Made by a program: the position numbers and the translations under genes | Notes under the pieces: model-generated | Seen by the model: the letters and a program-made list of their open reading frames with translations, nothing else | The model's database searches: none | What the model was told of the DNA's origin: nothing | Shown here: positions 56,574 to 64,000 of the stretch, piece by piece | Position numbering within the stretch: the first letter of the stretch is position 1 | Layout of the letters: each line of letters begins with the position of its first letter | NCBI GenBank assembly: GCA_000004695.1 | Contig: CM000152.2 | Coordinates: forward strand, 4,288,001 to 4,352,000 | Direction of reading: 5' to 3' | Length of the DNA stretch: 64,000 bases | From: Dictyostelium discoideum | Lineage: Eukaryota

Positions 56574-57359
56574 TAAATAATATTACTAAAATAATAATAA
56601 AATAATAATAATAAAATAATAAATAATAAAATTAATATAAATAGATATATATACAATTAAAAAATTGATTTAAAACAATTAAACTTACTTTATTAATTAA
56701 AATTTATTTAAAGAAAAAAAAAAAAAAAATATAGTTTAGAAAATTTTAAAAAAATAAAATAAAATAAAATAAAATAAAATAAAATATAAATAGATACCAT
56801 CATCGTGGTGGGATTATTTGTTTATTTTCCATGTAACCTGGTATTAAATAATTGAAGTTTGAAATAAAAAAAATAAAAAAATAAAAATAAAAATAAAAAA
56901 AAAAATTTAATACCGACAAAAATGACAAATTTGAAAAGACACAAAAAAAAAAATAAAAAAATAAAAAAAAATAAATTTTTATATTTTAAATAAAACTTTA
57001 AAAAAATGTGGTTCCACTGTTGTTGGAATATATTGTTTTTATAAAATTAATATTGTTTAATCGAAATAGATTAAGTTTCAAAAGAATTTTTTTTTTTTTA
57101 TTATTTTTTTAAAAATATAAAAAATTTATTAAATCAAGTGAGGTAATTTTTTTTTTAGACAATCCATAAAAAATATAATTTTTAAAACAAAACCAAAAAT
57201 TATTTTTTATCTTTTTTTTTTTTTTTTTTTTTATAACAACAATATCATCAACCACAACTTTTAATCCATTTTTTATTTTCAAAATCTCATTTTATTTATC
57301 TCATATTGGTAGTTGTTTTTTTTTTTTTATTTTTTTTTTTTTTTTCTAAAATAATCTAA

Positions 57360-57394
<35 letters not shown>

Positions 57395-57791
57395 CAAGAT
57401 TTAATAAATAAAAAGCGTATTGAAAAAACAAAAACAAAAAAAAAAAAAAAAATGTGCGAATTTGAATCCAGGATGGTTTGAACTTTACTTTGAAAGATAT
57501 TTCTTTTTTTTTTTGGTTTTTTTTTTTTTTTTTTTTTTTTAAAAAATTAAATTATAAATTTGAAATTTTAAAATAGTGAGATAACGGAAAAAAAAAAATT
57601 TTATGATCCAATCCGTTTATTTTAATTTATTTTTTTTTTATTTTTTATTTTTTTTTTATTTTTTTTTTTTCGTCGTTTTCGCTAAAAAAAAAATTATAAA
57701 TCTTTTTTTTTTTTTTTTTAATTTTGAAAGTGACAACAACAACAACACCAAAACACAATAACAACAACAAAAAAACAAATTAATATTAAAA

Positions 57792-57945
57792 ATGGAGGAT
57801 GAATTATACAATGAAATTATTATGGTATTAAAGGACTCCACAATTTTAGGATTTGGTGCCAATGATGAAAAAAAATATAGAGGAATTAGAAAATTTTATA
57901 CATTCAGAGAAACTTCTGATGGTAAAATAACTTTAATTAAGAATG
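57792..57945 (+). CDS. Stand-alone integrase-type HHCC zinc-finger protein, paralogue B, exon 1
   Basis: MEDELYNEIIMVLKDSTILGFGANDEKKYRGIRKFYTF... aligns with the paralogue A N-terminus (MDNTEYKYIIKILKDNKITGDNYIEKKKINNIRKLYSI). Donor GTAAAT at 57946, phase 1. Confidence 0.5.
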
Positions 57946-58149
57946 GTAAATTTAAAAAAATATTAAAAAAAAAAAAAAAAAATTGAAAATAAAAAAACTA
58001 AAAATAAAATAAAAATAAAAAAAACTAAAAATAAAAATAAGAGATACAAAATGAATATTAGAATTGTACGATTTTTTTTAAAAAATTATAATAAGTACTA
58101 ATTAAATTTTTTTTATTTTTATTACTATTATTAAAAAAAAAAAAAAAAG

Positions 58150-58286
58150 TAATTGATAAACTTAGAATTGTTCCACGTAGACGTGAATTACCTGCTATAT
58201 TCAATAAATATCACGACGAAAGTAGTCATGCATCTAAACATGTTTTAATGAGAGAGACAATGATTGGATATTTTTGGCCAACCAAA
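58150..58286 (+). CDS. HHCC zinc-finger paralogue B, exon 2 (the H-x4-H half)
   Basis: Acceptor AG at 58148-58149. (V)IDKLRIVPRRRELPAIFNKYHDESSHASKHVLMRETMIGYFWPTK. Donor GTAAGT at 58287, phase 0. Confidence 0.55.
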
Positions 58287-58387
58287 GTAAGTATATATAT
58301 AATAAATCATATTTATATGCATACAATAAACTAATTATTTAATTTTTTTATTTTTTCTTTTTTAATTTATTATTTAAAAATTTTTAG

Positions 58388-58996
58388 ACAGTTGATATTG
58401 ATGCCTATGTAAACAATTGTGTATATTGCAACGAATTTAAAAAAAGATTTGGTAAAGCACCAAGCAAGAGAGATAGATCTATAGTTTTGGAGGAAACAAA
58501 AGGTATCATTGTTCCAAAAAGACCAAATAAAAGAAAATCAAAAGAACCAGCATCATCAAAAACAAAAACTACAAAAACAAAATCATCAAAAAAAACTGAA
58601 GAAGGTCCTTGGGGTTCAATTTTAGAAAAGAAAAAAAAAGATAATGATAGTGGTGATAGTGGTATTGATAGTGAAGATGATAACGATAATAGCAATGACA
58701 ATGATGATAGTGATAATAGTAGTAGTAATAGTAATAAAAATAATCAAAGCTCCAGAGGAACAAAAAGATTAAAATCATCTAAAAATCATGAAGACAATGA
58801 TGATGATGATGATGATGATGATAATAATGATGAGGATGATGACGATGAAGATTACAATGACGATGACGATGATGATTATAAAGTTGAAGAAAATGAAGAA
58901 AATGAAGAAGAAAATTTTAAACCAAAAAGATTAGGTGGTAGTAGAAGACAATCAGCTATCTCATCAATTTCTGATGATGACTCTGAGATTTTATAA
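58388..58996 (+). CDS. HHCC zinc-finger paralogue B, exon 3 (the C-x2-C half plus a basic/acidic tail)
   Basis: Acceptor AG at 58386-58387. TVDIDAYVNNCVYCNEFKKRFG..., then a K/S/T-rich stretch and a poly-D/E stretch ([27 protein letters not shown]). Stop at 58994-58996. Confidence 0.55.
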   Translation, partial: TVDIDAYVNNCVYCNEFKKRFGKAPSKRDRSIVLEETKGIIVPKRPNKRKSKEPASSKTKTTKTKSSKKTEEGPWGSILEKKKKDNDSGDSGIDSEDDNDNSNDNDDSDNSSSNSNKNNQSSRGTKRLKSSKNHEDNDDDDDDDDNNDEDDDDEDYNDDDDDDYKVEENEENEEENFKPKRLGGSRRQSAISSISDDDSEIL

Positions 58997-59714
58997 TCTT
59001 AAAATCCACCAAATCAACCACACAATTTCATTCACTAACCAATCCCAAACCCCTTTTGTAAATTACTTTCCAAGAATTTTTTTTTTTTAAACTTTTAACA
59101 TTTTTTTTCTTTTAATTTCCATAAATTATAAATAAATAAATAATATCAATAAATAATATCAATAAATAATAAACAAATAATAATTAACAACAAAAAAAAA
59201 AAAAAAAGAAACACCATCATCATATAACAACAACAAAAATAAAAAAGTGTCAAAAAAAAAAAAAAAGATTTTTTTTTTTTGATCACGAAATTTTATTTTT
59301 GATCGCGAAATTTTATTTTTGTTTTTTTATTTTCTTTTTTATTTTGGGAAATATAACCCACGCAGTCATTTTTTTTTTTTTTTATGGTTTTTATTTTTGG
59401 ATTTGTTTTGTTTTGTTTTTATTGGTTTTATTTTTTTTTTTATAAATTCGAGACATGTAACCCAACCGAAAATAATTTTTATAAGGTGCTTTTGGAAAAA
59501 AAAAAAAAAAAAAAAAATATAAAAAATTATTTTTATTGTTTTTTTTTCTCACTTTTCTTTTTATTTATTGTTTTTTTCTCACTTTTCTTATTTTTTATTT
59601 TTTTTTTTTTTTGGCAAAAGGTATTCTTTTTCTTTTTTTATTTTTTTGACAAAAACTCTTTTACAAAAAAAAAAAAAAACAAGAAAACAAAAAAAACAAA
59701 AAAAAACAAAAAAA

Positions 59715-59747
<33 letters not shown>

Positions 59748-59750
<3 letters not shown>

Positions 59751-60016
59751 AAAGAAATAGAACTGGATAGGCCAGAAGAAAAGAAAAAAAAAGTGAAAAA
59801 AGAAAAAAAGATTGGATATGGCGGTAAAAAATCACCAGAAGAAAATTCAAACTTTTTATCAAATTTAACATTTTCATGGGCCGATGGATTTGTAATTCAT
59901 TGTTTTAGAAATGTTTTACAATTATCACATCTTTGGGATCTTGCATCATATGATAAATCTGAATATTTAGCCAAAAAAATCGCAAAATCATGGGAAATCG
60001 AAATTCAAAAACCAAA
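59748..60016 (+). CDS. ABC transporter C-family paralogue 2, exon 1
   Basis: ATG at 59748 after an A40 tract, [33 protein letters not shown]... Donor GTAAGT at 60017, phase 2. Confidence 0.7.
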
Positions 60017-60058
60017 GTAAGTTAATTATTATTAATTTTATTTTTTTGTGATCTTGAA

Positions 60059-60097
<39 letters not shown>

Positions 60098-60110
60098 ATT
60101 ATTATTTTAG

Positions 60111-60378
60111 ACCATCATATTTAAGGGCTGGATTTAGAGCATTTGGAAAATTACAATTATTAAGTATTTTTTTATATGCAATAAGTGTTGGAATCCAATT
60201 TGTTGGACCAGAAATTTTAGGTAGAATGGTTACATTTGTAGTTGAATCAAAATTAGGAACATCCACAGAAGATCCAAATATGGGATACTATTATGCATTG
60301 ATTATGTTTGGGACTGCGATGATTGGTTCATTTTGTACATACCATGCTAATAGAATTTCATTTAGAACTGGCGATCGT
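60111..60378 (+). CDS. ABCC paralogue 2, exon 2
   Basis: Acceptor AG at 60109-60110. (K)[49 protein letters not shown]... Donor GTAAGT at 60379. Confidence 0.7.
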
Positions 60379-60475
60379 GTAAGTACCCCCTTTTCTTTTT
60401 TTTTTGTTTTTTTTTTTTTATTTTTTTTTTATATTTTATTAATCATTTTTTTATTTATTTTTATTTATTTTTTAG

Positions 60476-60874
60476 TTAAGATCAATCATTGTTTTAGATG
60501 TTTATAAAAAAGCAATTAAATTATCAAATTCAGCAAGATCAGATACATCACCAGGCCAAATTGTAAATTTGATGAGTAATGATGCTCAAAGAATGGTTGA
60601 AGTATTTGGAATGTTTAATAATGGCGCACTTGCATTACCACAAATTATTATTTGTCTTGCATTATTATATAAAAAGATTGGTTGGCCAACATTTGTAGGA
60701 TTGGGTTTAATGTTAGCTGCAATTCCATTCAATGGAATGGCTGCAAAGAAATTAACTGAAACTAGAAAATATTTAGTCTCACTTTCAGATAGTCGTGTTA
60801 AAGCTACAAATGAAATTTTACAAGCTATTAAAATTATAAAATTATATGCATGGGAAGATAGTTTTGCTAAAAAG
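60476..60874 (+). CDS. ABCC paralogue 2, exon 3
   Basis: Acceptor AG at 60474-60475. [45 protein letters not shown]...[10 protein letters not shown]. Donor GTATAA at 60875, phase 0. Confidence 0.65.
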
Positions 60875-61004
60875 GTATAATATATTTTTTAAATATTAGT
60901 AAGATCATTAAAAGAAATTATAATTTTTATAATATATTTATTTATTTATTTTTTTATATTTTATTTTTTATTTTTTACTATAATGATAATGATAATAATT
61001 ATAG

Positions 61005-63822
61005 GTTATTGAACATCGTAATAATGAAATTAAATTATTATTTTCATATAGTCGTTATAGAACTATTTTAATTGTTATTATTAGTGCTTTACCAACTGCT
61101 GCTGCTATTTTAGTAATTTCATCATATTATGGACATGAGAAATCTTTAGATGCAAGTAGAATTTTTAGTGCACTTTCATATTTAAATTTATTAAGACTTC
61201 CATTAGGTTTCTTACCAATTATAATTGCATTGGGTATTCAAATGCAAATTGCAGGTAAAAGAGTTACTGATTTTCTATTATTACCAGAAATGAAAGATAT
61301 TCAACAAATTGATAATCCTTCATTACCAAATGGTGTTTATATGAAAAATTCAACAACAACTTGGAATAAACTTAAAGAAGATTCATTTGGTTTAAAAAAT
61401 ATTAATTTTGAAGCTACTGGAACATCATTAACAATGGTTGTTGGTTCAGTCGGATCGGGTAAATCAACATTGGTACAGGCAATGTTGGGAGAGTTAGAGA
61501 TTATTGATGGAGAAATCGGTATTAAAGGCTCAATTGCTTATGTACCTCAACAAGCATGGATTATCAATGCAACATTAAAAGAGAATATTATTTTTGGTAA
61601 AGAATTGGATGAAGAAAGGTATCAAAAAGTATTAGAAGTTTGTGCATTAAAACGTGATATTGAATTATTTCCACAAGGTGATTCAGTAGAAATTGGTGAA
61701 CGTGGTATTAACCTTTCAGGTGGTCAAAAACAAAGAGTTTCAATTGCTCGTGCAGTATATTCAGATGCAGATGTTTATATTTTAGATGATCCATTATCAG
61801 CAGTGGACTCACATGTTGGTAAACATTTATTCCATAAATGTTTTAAAGGTATTCTATCAAGTAAAACAGTTATTTTAGTAGCAAATCAATTAAATTATTT
61901 ACCATTTGCTGATAATACAGTTGTATTAAAATCAGGAGAAATCGTTGAAAGAGGTACCTATTATGAATTAATTAATTCTAAATTAGAATTTTCAAGTATT
62001 CTTGAAAAGTATGGTGTTGATGAAAATGTTATATCCAAAAAAGATGACATTGATGAAGATGAAGATGAAGATCAAGATACTATTGAAAAGGTTGAAATAG
62101 ATTTAAATAAAGATGAAAAGTCTCAACCAAAATCAAAATCATCAAATACTGACGGAACATTAATATCAGAGGAAGAAAGTGAACAAGGAGCTGTTGCGGG
62201 AAAGGTATATTGGAAATATGTCACAGCTGGTGGTGGTTTATTATTCTTGGTTTCAATGATATTCTTTTTATTAGAAACTGGTTCAAAAACATTTTCAGAT
62301 TGGTGGTTATCACATTGGCAAACAGAGTCATCAGAAAGAATGGAATCAATATTACTAGGTGAGGAACCTACTGGTTTAACTGATGATCAAAATTTAGGTA
62401 TTTATATTGGTCTTGGTATGGCAGCTGTTTTCATTTCAGTTTGTAAGAATTTTATTTATTATGAATATTCAGTGTATGCATCACGTGCAATTCATCATGA
62501 GTTGTTCAATGCATTATTAAAGAAACCAATGTATTTCTTTGACCAAACACCAATTGGTAGAATTATAAATCGTTTCACTAGAGATTTAGATGGTATTGAT
62601 AATTTAATCGCAACTTCAATATCAACATTTTTAACTTTAATGTTAACTGTAATTGCAACTATTATCCTTGTTTCAATCATTGTTCCATTCCTTTTAATTC
62701 CATTGGCACCAATTAGTATAATATTCTTCTTTTTACAATACTTTTATAGATATACATCAAGAGGTTTACAAAGAATTGAAGCTATTACACGTTCACCAAT
62801 TTTCAATCATTTCTCTGAAACTTTAAATGGTGTAGTTTCAATTAGAGCATATAAAAAACAACAAGAGAATATATTAATAAATCAAAAACGTTTAGATGAT
62901 AATAATAATTGTTATTTAACACTACAAGCAATGAATAGATGGTTAGGTTTGCGTTTAGATTTTTTAGCAAATTTAATTACATTTTTTGCTTGTATTTTCA
63001 TTACAATCGATAAGGATACAATTAGTCCTGCAAATGTTGGTTTAGCATTAGGTTATGCACTTTCATTAACTGGTAATTTAAATTATGCAGCACTTCAAGC
63101 AGCCGATACTGAAACTAAAATGAATTCAGTTGAACGTATTTCACAATATATTAGAGGAGCAGTTGAAGCACCACAAATTATTGATGATTGTCGTCCATCA
63201 CCAGATTGGCCAATAAATGGGTCAATTAAATTTGATAATTTAGTAATGCGTTATCGTGAAGGATTAGATCCAGTATTAAAAGGTATAACATGTGAAATTA
63301 AAGCAAAAGAAAAGATTGGTATTGTAGGCCGTACTGGTGCAGGTAAAAGTTCAATCGTTTTAGCATTGTTCCGTTTAATTGAAGCTTCAGAAGGTTCAAT
63401 TTCAATTGATGGTGAAAATATTGCCAAATTCGGATTAAAAGATTTACGTAGAAATTTAGCAATCATTCCACAAGATCCAGTATTATTCAGTGGTACACTT
63501 CGTGAAAATTTAGATCCATTCAATGAACGTTCTGAAGAGGATTTATTTTCAACAATTGAAGATATTCAAATGAGTGCAGTTGTTAAATCTTTAGAGGGTG
63601 GTTTAGACTCAAAAGTAACAGAAAATGGTGAAAACTTTTCAGTTGGACAAAGACAATTAATTGTATTAGCTCGTGCATTATTAAGAAAACCAAAGATTTT
63701 AGTTTTAGACGAAGCAACTGCCTCTGTCGATGGTCAAAGTGATTCATTAATTCAAGCAACAATTCGTAATAAGTTTAGTAATTGTACAATTTTAACAATT
63801 GCTCATAGACTTAATACAATTA
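61005..63822 (+). CDS. ABCC paralogue 2, exon 4 (TMD1 end, NBD1, TMD2, NBD2)
   Basis: Acceptor AG at 61003-61004. The Walker and signature motifs match paralogue 1. Donor GTAAGT at 63823, phase 1. Confidence 0.8.
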
Positions 63823-63902
63823 GTAAGTTTTTATTTTTGTTTAAAATTCTTATTTTTTATTTTTTAAAAATTCAAATATTAACTATTAATTAAAATAATT
63901 AG

Positions 63903-64000
63903 TGGATAGTGATAGGATTATGGTACTTGATGCAGGTAAAATTAGTGAATTTGATGAACCATGGACATTATTACAAAATCAAAATGGTTTATTAACATGG
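63903..64000 (+). CDS. ABCC paralogue 2, exon 5 (3'-partial, runs off the window)
   Basis: Acceptor AG at 63901-63902. (M)[32 protein letters not shown] is nearly identical to exon 5 of paralogue 1. Confidence 0.7.

Overview
This window reads as nuclear DNA from a dictyostelid amoeba, most likely Dictyostelium discoideum or a close relative. It is extremely AT-rich with long homopolymer tracts and (ATT)n/(CAA)n microsatellites. It encodes poly-Q and poly-N tracts. It has short AT-rich GTAAGT...AG spliceosomal introns and a tRNA gene with a downstream external B box. It is not a prokaryotic accessory region, and I found no CRISPR, defence-island or operon-like structure. I can support about 21 protein-coding genes, many with introns mapped by hand. 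They are: a 5'-truncated BEACH/WD40 (Lvs-family) gene; a Ras-like GTPase; an intron-containing tRNA-Ala(UGC); Sec24 in three exons; a large N-rich orphan ORF; a METTL9/DREV-like methyltransferase; a GPATCH1 orthologue on the minus strand with an apparent one-base frameshift; a PH-domain protein; several small or orphan genes, one of them an HssA/2C/7E-like Gly/Ser/Cys-rich mini-gene; a TPR/Sel1-repeat protein; an eight-exon Mediator subunit Med12 gene of about 2,730 codons; an LSM14/Scd6 orthologue; a GNAT acetyltransferase; and two near-identical ABCC-type (MRP-like) transporter paralogues on opposite strands. Each ABCC copy sits next to a small intron-containing gene that encodes only a retroviral-integrase-type HHCC zinc finger followed by a basic, Ser/Asp-rich tail. 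That paired arrangement is the most unusual thing in the window. Other points worth a second look: a sharp identical block inside the ABCC pair that suggests gene conversion; the frameshift in the GPATCH1 orthologue; the unoccupied tRNA-targeted-retroelement landing zone; and two less AT-rich non-coding blocks that could be small RNA genes. All calls rest on reading the sequence and remembered family motifs. No database searches were run.
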